In this document: piece after piece, positions 37,293 to 51,957 of the stretch
Position numbering within the stretch: position 1 is the first letter of the stretch
Layout of the letters: each line of letters starts with the position of its first letter
Assembly: GCF_022045235.1 (NCBI RefSeq)
Contig: NW_027266271.1
Coordinates: 14,012,001-14,076,000, forward strand
DNA length: 64,000 bases
Origin: Haliotis cracherodii
Lineage: Eukaryota
Direction: 5' to 3'
The notes under the pieces: model-generated
Databases searched by the model: none
The model's input: the letters and a program-made list of their open reading frames with translations, nothing else
Told to the model about the DNA's origin: nothing
Program-made: the position numbers and the translations under genes

Positions 37293-40200
37293 TTATTTGA
37301 GGACAGTAATTGCTCTGGTTTCCTATAATATATCTCTTAGACACAGTCAAACTGTGGAACCATTAGTGCTTCAATATACATTTTCAACGACTGACAATTG
37401 GCTGGCATTCCGATGGCCCAGGCGAAGCTGTTCAAAGTGGAAACTGATGTCATTTCCTATTGATTGTTAACTGACACACAATGCCAGAGATGGAGATCCC
37501 TGATTTTTCTTAAACAAGCGAGAAAATCAGACAGCGAGTTGAACTTAATGCTCCTTTAAATAGTGTGTCGGTTATTTTTCCGTGTGTCAGCTTAGTGAGA
37601 GACGAAAAATTGAATTGACGCAGAGGATATCTCTGAAAGGAATATTATCGGAACGAAGCTTCGACCAGAGAGTCCTGGAACGTCTAAGGGATGTAAATAT
37701 GCATAGAGAACTATGGCGTAAATATGACTGTGTAACACTTCTTAATATCGTAAGTCTCTTAGATTGTACATGTGCTATATATGTATTGTTATCCCTTTAT
37801 GGGAGTTGTTCGGTTTTTTCTTGTTGTCAAAAGCAAATAAAAATGAAATCTAATCATGATCCTGTGTTGTCTGCCTGATGTTCCATTTCAGGAAGACCTG
37901 GTGTCAATATTGTCTAGTTATTCTATTAAGTGTGACAATTTGACATTCTTCAGGAAAAGGAATATTTCTCTAATTTTTTTATGTTTTTCTTGAGTTTATT
38001 ATCACATCTTGAAGCCACTACTTTATAATTGGCCTTTACATGCCTACGTGGCTGAAGGCTCCTAGGGCTTTGTCTGTTCTGATAGCAAAAGGCTGGATTT
38101 TATATAATAAGCAGTAGAAAGAAAAATAGTAGAAATGAAGGAATAGCAGAGAAGTAAATGGATAGTGGTTGATGAGAAAGTGACGAGTTTGATCAAATAT
38201 GCTGCTTCTCGACAATAGGGTTGTCGCCAAAAAGTCTATCCCATTTGGACAGAACAAATATCTACATTTTACACATTGCAAGCATACAAAATACAGGCAA
38301 AAGATCATGTTGTCCAGCGCTGGAGATATTCTCTATTTTAAACAAAACCGCAACAATAAATAGTACAGCATTATCATTCAACCGTATCTCATCTAACATG
38401 CGTCAACTTTTGTAACTGCATTACTCTGAACCTTCATTCCAGTTGTATTGTTTTTCTTACCACAAATCTGCAATTTCTCTCACCGTTCATCATTTGGAAA
38501 TGAATAGATAAACATGTTCTATCAGTTCATTTTCCCGACATGCATGTATCTCATCCAATAACAGATATAAAACGAACACGCCAGGTTTTTGACTAAATGC
38601 AAAACTATTTTCATACACAACATATTTAATTTAAATGCCAGAAAAAAACATGTAAATCTGTCAAAAGACGAGAAACAGAGGCAGTGGACATGACATCATG
38701 TTGGTAGACATGTAATGGTTTCAGAAGTGATGGAATTCGAATATGATTAGTAAACACAACATGGTGCCAGTAGTCACAGAGATGTTCCTTGTATCTGTTC
38801 ATATAGAACAAGATATCCGTTATCATTAATTAATGCTGTACTTAGAAGATGTAGACTGATTTAAATACAGAATAACTGTGTTTGACCTAAAAAAAACTAT
38901 CCGATGCCGATATTCAGTCACTTTTTATGAATATTCTTTATCGTATATGGTTCGTCCATTTAATAAATAAGCAGTGGTTTGTTGTTTTCATTTATATCCA
39001 TATTTATATATTCTGCCCATATTTCATGTACTATGCAAATTACCACTGTGATAAATAGCATACCACAAATGTTAACAACAAATGTAACGCGAATCTATTG
39101 CAAACAAAGCAACATCTTGCAATATTCATTCTTAACGTGTCTCTATTATGCTTTTATATTTGTTATTGGGTGTGTTTTCACAATTTAAGGTGTATACATA
39201 CATTTTAATGTCGTAAAGTTTATCTCAAGTTTGACTCCATGCCTCATTTCTAAGTAGGATTAATTCCACATCGTCTATCTGAATCCAGTTTCGATAATGA
39301 CATTTCCACAACATCCAGTGCGACACGAGCTCACACAGCAGTTGTTTTATGCACCCGACATGCTATGGAGAACAATCATATCATTATTATCTGTATTATT
39401 TGTCAAAACCCTCAATAATATATACACTGTACAATTCCAACCATGCATGGAAAGAATATTTCACAATTGTTGTGATTGAGCAATAACTGCAAATTAATCA
39501 TTTCCTCTGGGTTTCTTCACACACTTTATTCAGTATATAAAGTATAATAAAAAAAATTATGCTCTTTGTGTCAGACTTCAATACAAAGTGCATCTATGAA
39601 ATGTAACTGTTGTTTGAACATAGAGAAAATATCCATTTCACAAGAAGATAAATACATTTACAGTGTTAAACAGATTGTTATAGATTATATGATATCGGGT
39701 GTATGATAACCTTATTAGGTTCTATAACATCGCCATCAACTCAAAAGCATGTGCATAGGGAAATTGTTGCACTGGATTTAATGATCTTAAACTTATCAGT
39801 TAAAATAGAGAAGTTGATCATCCACACTATCTTGTTATCAATTACCAGTTGTTTTAGTTAACTGCGGAAACAAACTCACCTGTGTATATAATGAGATATT
39901 TGGTAAGAAAACAAGCACGTTTCTTACCATATTGATTTCTTACTTCTTCATGAATAAATACGAAATAAACATATTGGTACAGTACATACAGTACGTTCAT
40001 AGTATCTAATAGTTCATCTTTCTAACGGATATCCATTTTAAACACCCTTGACGCAATTTTAGGATTGTTTCTTGGAATGGGAATAGTTTTCTTCAGGTGG
40101 CGCTTTTCGTTTTCTAAAGAAGCCATCATCTCGGCTCTTCATTTACGGAACGTGCTACTTTATCCACGCAGCGTGTGCGGAATGAATGAGCCTTGCATGG

Positions 40201-40801
40201 TGCATAGTCAGAAAGTTCCTTTCTTGAACAAATTCCGGAAAAGATGGATGCCACTTACTTAGTGTCAAACGCAAACAAACTTCATTCCACTTTAGATGAT
40301 TGTCAGAACACAGGTTTAAGTTTCATTGACGACTCCCGACATCACAGTAATTACAATGACCGTAAGTTCACTGACGTCAGCAGCGTTTTCAATCTATTTA
40401 AATCATTTCCGAATGCTAATTCAACTAATTGAATAGTAAAAATCACTGGACACAAATGCCTTACCTAATGTGATCATGTTCTATTGTTTGTAAAGGATTA
40501 ACTATTGATCGCTAATTTGATACTTAACGGCCTATAATCCCCCGATCCCAACATGCTCTTTGGCACTTGTCACGTGACCACAGCAGCAAAAGTAAACATT
40601 ACAGTGTCACGTTCCCAATAATGCTAAGAGCGTTGGCGTGACATTGTAAAGTGATCAGTGTCACTTTGCGTTTGGCCACGTGGTGTTGGAAAAGGGGTAT
40701 TAAACGTGATTTGTAGAGAGCCTAACATCACTGTTCTCTGGCAATTGAACATACAGCTAATGTTCATTTTTGTAACCGGATAACTCATACAACTAAGCAG
40801 C

Positions 40802-42180
40802 ATGAAGAGATGTGGATCTGAGCTCTGTCTCCTTGAGAGCGACCTCTTAGAAAACACAACAAACACGTTTAACAGAGATAGTGAAGGTGAGTTAATACGC
40901 AATGGTATTATGTATGTAATCGATAAACTCAAATAAATGAACTCATAATATTCGTTGTTCCGTTCCGTATCTCTAAGCATAAAAAATACTTGTTCTGAAG
41001 AAAACATAAAAAACTTCATCTTTTATATGAAACTATGCAAAGCCCTTTCAAAATATATCTTACTTGCGCATGAAACAAGTGTCCATGTCAAATGAATGGC
41101 TATATTTATGTAACATTTTCAGATGCAAGATCGTCGGGCTATGAATCGTGTGACTCATTCACCCAAGCCCCGTCATCACCTTCAACTCCATCCTCCAAAG
41201 TCAGAGCTTCATCTAGCGGCCACAAGGAGGTAATGATGTACAGCAACATGGCCGACATGTCAGAAAGTCTACAGTACATCACTAGTATGCCGGAGTTGTG
41301 TGACGTCACTTTTCTAGTTGGCAACCGGCACCTTCCCATTCATGGAGTTAAAGCAATCCTGGCTACCAGGAGCAGGTAAATATCCCTTACAATTGAAACA
41401 CGCCAATGGTCTTTTATTCGGAAACTTTTAGAAGTAAACACCGTGATAAATGTGTGTATTCCAAATTAAAGCACATGCAACAACATGATTATCTGGCAGT
41501 AAGGATTTGAGAAAGTAGCAGTGCTTCAACACATACATTTCATCCCTGCCCTTTTATAATTATTCACACGTGCAGAGATGAGTTTCCTATGAGATCTGTA
41601 GATGAAAATATAAATAGTTTCCCTTCATCTTTCCAGGGTTTTCTATCAGATGATCTTGCATCACCAGAGGAAGGTCACAGAGTCGGTGAAACCTAAATCT
41701 CGACTGAGGATGAGAGCCAAGTCGTCAACTGTCAATATGCACAGCAAACTCCAGATCCCAATCCCAGACTACGACCATGTTGTCTTTTCCAGTCTTCTTA
41801 ACTTCTTACACTCCGGCCGAGTTCGAGTACAACTTGGAACAGTCACAGGTGAGCAGTAAAATGTGTTTGGAGGAAGAAAAACCTTTCTTCTTATGACATT
41901 CGATATTGAAGCATTTACTCCTTTACTGTAATAAACTGTAATATCAACAGTGAATTGTAATATGTTATTATGAATATAATTTCAATGGCTGCTTCTTATT
42001 TGAACAGGTTTATTCTGTGCTGCCATAGAATTTGGACTGAAGGATCTGCAGAAAGCATGCTGGGACTTCTTAAAACGGTGTGTAGGTGAAGATCAGAAGA
42101 GGGCTTTGATGACGTCAACACAACACTATCTTAAGAAGAAGGGAGCTCAGAAAATCTTGTCCCAAGTGTGCAGGTTGTGA
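40802..42180 (+). CDS. BTB/POZ protein, copy 4
   Basis: Exons 40802-40886, 41123-41375, 41637-41848, 42008-42180. Confidence 0.85.
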
Positions 42181-45100
42181 TTATTTGAGGACAGTAATTG
42201 CTCTGGTTTCCTATAATATATCTCTTAGACACAGTCAAACTGTGGAACCATTAGTGCTTCAATATACATTTTCAACGACTGACAATTGGCTGGCATTCCG
42301 ATGGCCCAGGCGAAGCTGTTCAAAGTGGAAACTGATGTCATTTCCTATTGATTGTTAACTGACACACAATGCCAGAGATGGAGATCCCTGATTTTTCTTA
42401 AACAAGCGAGAAAATCAGACAGCGAGTTGAACTTAATGCTCCTTTAAATAGTATGTCGGTTATTTTTCCGTGTGTCAGCTTAGTGAGAGACGAAAAATTG
42501 AATTGACGCAGAGGATATCTCTGAAAGGAATATTATCGGAACGAAGCTTCGACCAGAGAGTCCTGGAACGTCTAAGGGATGTAAATATGCATAGAGAACT
42601 ATGGCGTAAATATGACTGTGTAACACGTCTTAATATTGTAAGTCTCTTAGATTGTACATGTGCTATATATGTATTGTTATCCCTTTATGGGAGTTGTTCG
42701 GTTTTTTCTTGTTGTCAAAAGCAAATAAAAATGAAATCTAATCATGATCCTGTGTTGTCTGCCTGATGTTCCATTTCAGGAAGACCTGGTGTCAATATTG
42801 TCTAGTTATTCTATTAAGTGTGACAATTTGACATTCTTCAGGAAAAGGAATATTTCTCTAATTTTTTTATGTTTTTCTTGAGTTTATTATCACATCTTGA
42901 AGCCACTACTTTATAATTGGCCTTTACATGCCTACGTGGCTGAAGGCTCCTAGGGCTTTGTCTGTTCTGATAGCAAAAGGCTGGATTTTATATAATAAGC
43001 AGTAGAAAGAAAAATAGTAGAAATGAAGGAATAGCAGAGAAGTAAATGGATAGTGGTTGATGAGAAAGTGACGAGTTTGATCAAATATGCTGCTTCTCGA
43101 CAATAGGGTTGTCGCCAAAAAGTCGATCCCATTTGGACAGAACAAATATCTACATTTTACACATTGCAAGCATACAAAATACAGGCAAAAGATCATGTTG
43201 TCCAGCGCTGGAGATATTCTCTATTTTAAACAAAACCGCAACAATAAATAGTACAGCATTATCATTCAACCGTATCTCATCTAACATGCGTCAACTTTTG
43301 TAACTGCATTACTCTGAACCTTCATTCCAGTTGTATTGTTTTTCTTACCACAAATCTGCAATTTCTCTCACCGTTCATCATTTGGAAATGATTAGATAAA
43401 CATGTTCTATCAGTTCATTTTCCCGACATGCATGTATCTCATCCAATAACAGATATAAAACGAACACGCCAGGTTTTTGACTAAATGCAAAACTATTTTC
43501 ATACACAACATATTTAATTTAAATGCCAGAAAAAAACATGTAAATCTGTCAAAAGACGAGAAACAGAGGCAGTGGACATGACATCATGTTGGTAGACATG
43601 GAATGGTTTCAGAAGTGATGGAATTCGAATATGATTAGTAAACACAACATGGTGCCAGTAGTCACAGAGATGTTCCTTGTATCTGTTCATATAGAACAAG
43701 ATATCCGTTATCATTAATTAATGCTGTACTTAGAAGATGTAGACTGATTTAAATACAGAATAACTGTGTTTGACCTAAAAAAAACTATCCGATGCCGATA
43801 TTCAGTCACTTTTTATGAATATTCTTTATCGTATATGGTTCGTCCATTTAATAAATAAGCAGTGGTTTGTTGTTTTCATTTATATCCATATTTATATATT
43901 CTGCCCATATTTCATGTACTATGCAAATTACCACTGTGATAAATAGCATACCACAAGTGTTAACAACAAATGTAACGCGAATCTATTGCAAACAAAGCAA
44001 CATCTTGCAATATTCATTCTTAACGTGTCTCTATTATGCTTTTATATTTGTTATTGGGTGTGTTTTCACAATTTAAGGTGTATACATACATTTTAATGTC
44101 GTAAAGTTTATCTCAAGTTTGACTCCATGCCTCATTTCTAAGTAGGATTAATTCCACATCGTCTATCTGAATCCAGTTTCGATAATGACATTTCCACAAC
44201 ATCCAGTGCGACACGAGCTCACACAGCAGTTGTTTTATGCACCCGACATGCTATGGAGAACAATCATATCATTATTATCTGTATTATTTGTCAAAACCCT
44301 CAATAATATATACACTGTACAATTCCAACCATGCATGGAAAGAATATTTCACAATTGTTGTGATTGAGCAATAACTGCAAATTAATCATTTCCTCTGGGT
44401 TTCTTCACACTCTTTATTCAGTATATAAAGTATAATAAAAAAAATGATGCTCTTTGTGTCAGACTTCAATACAAAGTGCATCTATGAAATGTAACTGTTG
44501 TTTGAACATAGAGAAAATATCCATTTCACAAGAAGATAAATACATTTACAGTGTTAAACAGATTGTTATAGATTATATGGTATCGGGTGTATGATAACCT
44601 TATTAGGTTCTATAACATCGCCATCAACTCAAAAGCATGTGCATAGGGAAACTGTTGCACTGGATTTAATGATCTTAAACTTATCAGTTAAAATAGAGAA
44701 GTTGATCATCCACACTATCTTGTTATCAATTACCAGTTGTTTTAGTTAACTGCGGAAACAAACTCACCTGTGTATATAATGAGATATTTGGTAAGAAAAC
44801 AAGCACGTTTCTTACCATATTGATTTCTTACTTCTTCATGAATAAATACGAAATAAACATATTGGTACAGTACATACAGTACGTTCATAGTATCTAATAG
44901 TTCATCTTTCTAACGGATATCCATTTTAAACACCCTTGACGCAATTTTAGGATTGTTTCTTGGAATGGGAATAGTTTTCTTCAGGTGGCGCTTTTCGTTT
45001 TCTAAAGAAGCCATCATCTCGGCTCTTCATTTACGGAACGTGTGACTTTATCCACGCAGCGTGTGCGGAATGAATGAGCCTTGCATGGTGCATAGTCAGA

Positions 45101-45689
45101 AAGTTCCTTTCTTGAACAAATTCCGGAAAAGATGGATGCCACTTACTTAGTGTCAAACGCAAACAAACTTCATTCCACTTTAGATGATTGTCAGAACACA
45201 GGTTTAAGTTTCATTGACGACTCCCGACATCACAGTAATTACAATGACCGTAAGTTCACTGACGTCAGCAGCGTTTTCAATCTATTTAAATCATTTCCGA
45301 ATGCTAATTCAACTAATTGAATAGTAAAAATCACTGGACGCAAATGCCTTACCTAATGTGATCATGTTCTATTGTTTGTAAAGGATTAACTATTGATCGC
45401 TAATTTGATACTTAACGGCCTATAATCCCCCGATCCCAACATGCTCTTTGGCACTTGTCACGTGACCACAGCAGCAAAAGTAAACATTACAGTGTCACGT
45501 TCCCAATAATGCTAAGAGCGTTGGCGTTACATTGTAAAGTGATCAGTGTCACTTTGCGTTTGGCCACGTGGTGTTGGAAAAGGGGTATTAAACGTGATTT
45601 GTAGAGAGCCTAACATCACTGTTCTCTGGCAATTGAACATACAGCTAATGTTCATTTTTGTAACCGGATAACTCATACAACTAAGCAGC

Positions 45690-47068
45690 ATGAAGAGATG
45701 TGGATCTGAGCTCTGTCTCCTTGAGAGCGACCTCTTAGAAAACACAACAAACACGTTTAACAGAGATAGTGAAGGTGAGTTAATACGCAATGGTATTATG
45801 TATGTAATCGATAAACTCAAATAAATGAACTCATAATATTCGTTGTTCCGTTCCGTATCTCTAAGCATAAAAAATACTTGTTCTGAAGAAAACATAAAAA
45901 ACTTCATCTTTTATATGAAACTATGCAAAGCCCTTTCAAAATATATCTTACTTGCGCATGAAACAAGTGTCCATGTCAAATGAATGGCTATATTTATGTA
46001 ACATTTTCAGATGCAAGATCGTCGGGCTATGAATCGTGTGACTCATTCACCCAAGCCTCGTCATCACCTTCAACTCCATCCTCCAAAGTCAGAGCTTCAT
46101 CTAGCGGCCACAAGGAGGTAATGATGTACAGCAACATGGCCGACATGTCAGAAAGTCTACAGTACATCACTAGTATGCCGGAGTTGTGTGACGTCACTTT
46201 TCTAGTTGGCAACCGGCACCTTCCCATTCATGGAGTTAAAGCAATCCTGGCTACCAGGAGCAGGTAAATATCCCTTACAATTGAAACACGCCAATGGTCT
46301 TTTATTCGGAAACTTTTAGAAGTAAACACCGTGATAAATGTGTGTATTCCAAATTAAAGCACATGCAACAACATGATTATCTGGCAGTAAGGATTTGAGA
46401 AAGTAGCAGTGCTTCAACACATACATTTCATCCCTGCCCTTTTATAATTATTCACACGTGCAGAGATGAGTTTCCTATGAGATCTGTAGATGAAAATATA
46501 AATAGTTTCCCTTCATCTTTCCAGGGTTTTCTATCAGATGATCTTGCATCACCAGAGGAAGGTCACAGAGTCGGTGAAACCTAAATCTCGACTGAGGATG
46601 AGAGCCAAGTCGTCAACTGTCAATATGCACAGCAAACTCCAAATCCCAATCCCAGACTACGACCATGTTGTCTTTTCCAGTCTTCTTAACTTCTTACACT
46701 CCGGCCGAGTTCGAGTACAACTTGGAACAGTCACAGGTGAGCAGTAAAATGTGTTTGGAGGAAGAAAAACCTTTCTTCTTATGACATTCGATATTGAAGC
46801 ATTTACTCCTTTACTGTAATAAACTGTAATATCAACAGTGAATTGTAATATGTTATTATGAATATAATTTCAATGGCTGCTTCTTATTTGAACAGGTTTA
46901 TTCTGTGCTGCCATAGAATTTGGACTGAAGGATCTGCAGAAAGCATGCTGGGACTTCTTAAAACGGTGTGTAGGTGAAGATCAGAAGAGGGCTTTGATGA
47001 CGTCAACACAACACTATCTTAAGAAGAAGGGAGCTCAGAAAATCTTGTCCCAAGTGTGCAGGTTGTGA
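45690..47068 (+). CDS. BTB/POZ protein, copy 5
   Basis: Exons 45690-45774, 46011-46263, 46525-46736, 46896-47068. Confidence 0.85.
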
Positions 47069-50000
47069 TTATTTGAGGACAGTAATTGCTCTGGTTTCCT
47101 ATAATATATCTCTTAGACACAGTCAAACTGTGGAACCATTAGTGCTTCAATATACATTTTCAACGACTGACAATTGGCTGGCATTCCGATGGCCCAGGCG
47201 AAGCTGTTCAAAGTGGAAACTGATGTCATTTCCTATTGATTGTTAACTGACACACAATGCCAGAGATGGCGATCCCTGATTTTTCTTAAACAAGCGAGAA
47301 AATCAGACAGCGAGTTGAACTTAATGCTCCTTTAAATAGTATGTCGGTTATTTTTCCGTGTGTCAGCTTAGTGAGAGACGAAAAATTGAATTGACGCAGA
47401 GGATATCTCTGAAAGGAATATTATCGGAACGAAGCTTCGACCAGAGAGTCCTGGAACGTCTAAGGGATGTAAATATGCATAGAGAACTATGGCGTAAATA
47501 TGACTGTGTAACACGTCTTAATATTGTAAGTCTCTTAGATTGTACATGTGCTGTATATGTATTGTTATCCCTTTATGGGAGTTGTTCGGTTTTTTCTTGT
47601 TGTCAAAAGCAAATAAAAGTTAAATCTAATCATGATCCTGTGTTGTCTGCCTGATGTTCCATTTCAGGAAGACCTGGTGTCAATATTGTCTAGTTATTCT
47701 ATTAAGTGTGACAATTTGACATTCTTCAGGAAAAGGAATTTTTCTCTAATTTTTTTATGTTTTTCTTGAGTTTATTATCACATCTTGAAGCCACTACTTT
47801 ATAATTGGCCTTCACATGCCTACGTGGCTGAAGGCTCCTAGGGCTTTGTCTGTTCTGATAGCAAAAGGCTGGATTTTATATAATAAGCAGTAGAAAGAAA
47901 AATAGTAGAAATGAAGGAATAGCAGAGAAGTAAATGGATAGTGGTTGATGAGAAAGTGACGAGTTTGATCAAATATGCTGCTTCTCGACAATAGGGTTGT
48001 CGCCAAAAAGTCTATCCCATTTGGACAGAACAAATATCTACATTTTACACATTGCAAGCATACAAAATACAGGCAAAAGATCATTTTGTCCAGCGCTGGA
48101 GATATTCTCTATTTTAAACAAAACCGCAACAATAAATAGTACAGCATTATCATTCAACCGTATCTCATCTAACATGCGTCAACTTTTGTAACTGCATTAC
48201 TCTGAACCTTCATTCCAGTTGTATTGTTTTTCTTACCACAAATCTGCAATTTCTCTCACCGTTCATCATTTGGAAATGATTAGATAAACATGTTCTATCA
48301 GTTCATTTTCCCGACATGCATGTATCTCATCCAATATCAGATATAAAACGAACACGCCAGGTTTTTGACTAAATGCAAAACTATTTTCATACACAACATA
48401 TTTAATTTAAATGCCAGAAAAAAAACATGTAAATCTGTCAAAAGACGAGAAACAGAGGCAGTGGACATGACATCATGTTGGTAGACATGGAATGGTTTCA
48501 GAAGTGATGGAATTCGAATATGATTAGTAAACACAACATGGTGCCAGTAGTCACAGAGATGTTCCTTGTATCTGTTCATATAGAACAAGATATCCGTTAT
48601 CATTAATTAATGCTGTACTTAGAAGATGTAGACTGATTTAAATACAGAATAACTGTGTTTGACCTAAAAAAAACTATCCGATGCCGATATTCAGTCACTT
48701 TTTATGAATATTCTTTATCGTATATGGTTCGTCCATTTAATAAATAAGCAGTGGTTTGTTGTTTTCATTTATATCCATATTTATATATTCTGCCCATATT
48801 TCATGTACTATGCAAATTACCACTGTGATAAATAGCATACCACAAATGTTAACAACAAATGTAACGCGAATCTATTGCAAACAAAGCAACATCTTGCAAT
48901 ATTCATTCTTAACGTGTCTCTATTATGCTTTTATATTTGTTATTGGGTGTGTTTTCACAATTTAAGGTGTATACATACATTTTAATGTCGTAAAGTTTAT
49001 CTCAAGTTTGACTCCATGCCTCATTTCTAAGTAGGATTAATTCCACATCGTCTATCTGAATCCAGTTTCGATAATGACATTTCCACAACATCCAGTGCGA
49101 CACGAGCTCACACAGCAGTTGTTTTATGCACCCGACATGCTATGGAGAACAATCATATCATTATTATCTGTATTATTTGTCAAAACCCTCAATAATATAT
49201 ACACTGTACAATTCCAACCATGCATGGAAAGAATATTTCACAATTGTTGTGATTGAGCAATAACTGCAAATTAATCATTTCCTCTGGGTTTCTTCACACA
49301 CTTTATTCAGTATATAAAGTATAATAAAAAAAATGATGCTCTTTGTGTCAGACTTCAATACAAAGTGCATCTATGAAATGTAACTGTTGTTTGAACATAG
49401 AGAAAATATCCATTTCACAAGAAGATAAATACATTTACAGTGTTAAACAGATTGTTATAGATTATATGGTATCGGGTGTATGATAACCTTATTAGGTTCT
49501 ATAACATCGCCATCAACTCAAAAGCATGTGCATAGGGAAACTGTTGCACTGGATTTAATGATCTTAAACTTATCAGTTAAAATAGAGAAGTTGATCATCC
49601 ACACTATCGTGTTATCAATTACCAGTTGTTTTAGTTAACTGCGGAAACAAACTCACCTGTGTATATAATGAGATATTTGGTAAGAAAACAAGCACGTTTC
49701 TTACCATATTGATTTCTTACTTCTTCATGAATAAATACGAAATAAACATATTGGTACAGTACATACAGTACGTTCATAGTATCTAATAGTTCATCTTTCT
49801 AACGGATATCCATTTTAAACACCCTTGACGCAATTTTAGGATTGTTTCTTGGAATGGGAATAGTTTTCTTCAGGTGGCGCTTTTCGTTTTCTAAAGAAGC
49901 CATCATCTCGGCTCTTCATTTACGGAACGTGTGACTTTATCCACGCAGCGTGTGCGGAATGAATGAGCCTTGCATGGTGCATAGTCAGAAAGTTCCTTTC

Positions 50001-50578
50001 TTGAACAAATTCCGGAAAAGATGGATGCCACTTACTTAGTGTCAAACGCAAACAAACTTCATTCCACTTTAGATGATTGTCAGAACACAGGTTTAAGTTT
50101 CATTGACGACTCCCGACATCACAGTAATTACAATGACCGTAAGTTCACTGACGTCAGCAGCGTTTTCAATCTATTTAAATCATTTCCGAATGCTAATTCA
50201 ACTAATTGAATAGTAAAAATCACTGGACGCAAATGCCTTACCTAATGTGATCATGTTCTATTGTTTGTAAAGGATTAACTATTGATCGCTAATTTGATAC
50301 TTAACGGCCTATAATCCCCCGATCCCAACATGCTCTTTGGCACTTGTCACGTGACCACAGCAGCAAAAGTAAACATTACAGTGTCACGTTCCCAATAATG
50401 CTAAGAGCGTTGGCGTGACATTGTAAAGTGATCAGTGTCACTTTGCGTTTGGCCACGTGGTGTTGGAAAAGGGGTATTAAACGTGATTTGTAGAGAGCCT
50501 AACATCACTGTTCTCTGGCAATTGAACATACAGCTAATGTTCATTTTTGTAACCGGATAACTCATACAACTAGGCAGC

Positions 50579-51957
50579 ATGAAGAGATGTGGATCTGAGC
50601 TCTGTCACCTTGAGAGCGACCTCTTAGAAAACACAACAAACACGTTTAACAGAGATAGTGAAGGTGAGTTAATACGCAATGGTATTATGTATGTAATCGA
50701 TAAACTCAAATAAATGAACTCATAATATTCGTTGTTCCGTTCCGTATCTCTAAGCATAAAAAATACTTGTTCTGAAGAAAACATAAAAAACTTCATCTTT
50801 TATATGAAACTATGCAAAGCCCTTTCAAAATATATCTTACTTGCGCATGAAACAAGTGTCCATGTCAAATGAATGGCTATATTTATGTAACATTTTCAGA
50901 TGCAAGATCGTCGGGCTATGAATCGTGTGACTCATTCACCCAAGCCCCGTCATCACCTTCAACTCCATCCTCCAAAGTCAGAGCTTCATCTAGCGGCCAC
51001 AAGGAGGTAATGATGTACAGCAACATGGCCGACATGTCAGAAAGTCTACAGTACATCACTAGTATGCCGGAGTTGTGTGACGTCACTTTTCTAGTTGGCA
51101 ACCGGCACCTTCCCATTCATGGAGTTAAAGCAATCCTGGCTACCAGGAGCAGGTAAATATCCCTTACAATTGAAACACGCCAATGGTCTTTTATTCGGAA
51201 ACTTTTAGAAGTAAACACCGTGATAAATGTGTGTATTCCAAATTAAAGCACATGCAACAACATGATTATCTGGCAGTAAGGATTTGAGAAAGTAGCAGTG
51301 CTTCAACACATACATTTCATCCCTGCCCTTTTATAATTATTCACACGTGCAGAGATGAGTTTCCTATGAGATCTGTAGATGAAAATATAAATAGTTTCCC
51401 TTCATCTTTCCAGGGTTTTCTATCAGATGATCTTGCATCACCAGAGGAAGGTCACAGAGTCGGTGAAACCTAAATCTCGACTGAGGATGAGAGCCAAGTC
51501 GTCAACTGTCAATATGCACAGCAAACTCCAGATCCCAATCCCAGACTACGACCATGTTGTCTTTTCCAGTCTTCTTAACTTCTTACACTCCGGCCGAGTT
51601 CGAGTACAACTTGGAACAGTCACAGGTGAGCAGTAAAATGTGTTTGGAGGAAGAAAAACCTTTCTTCTTATGACATTCGATATTGAAGCATTTACTCCTT
51701 TACTGTAATAAACTGTAATATCAACAGTGAATTGTAATATGTTATTATGAATATAATTTCAATGGCTGCTTCTTATTTGAACAGGTTTATTCTGTGCTGC
51801 CATAGAATTTGGACTGAAGGATCTGCAGAAAGCATGCTGGGACTTCTTAAAACGGTGTGTAGGTGAAGATCAGAAGAGGGCTTTGATGACGTCAACACAA
51901 CACTATCTTAAGAAGAAGGGAGCTCAGAAAATCTTGTCCCAAGTGTGCAGGTTGTGA
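50579..51957 (+). CDS. BTB/POZ protein, copy 6
   Basis: Exons 50579-50663, 50900-51152, 51414-51625, 51785-51957. Confidence 0.85.
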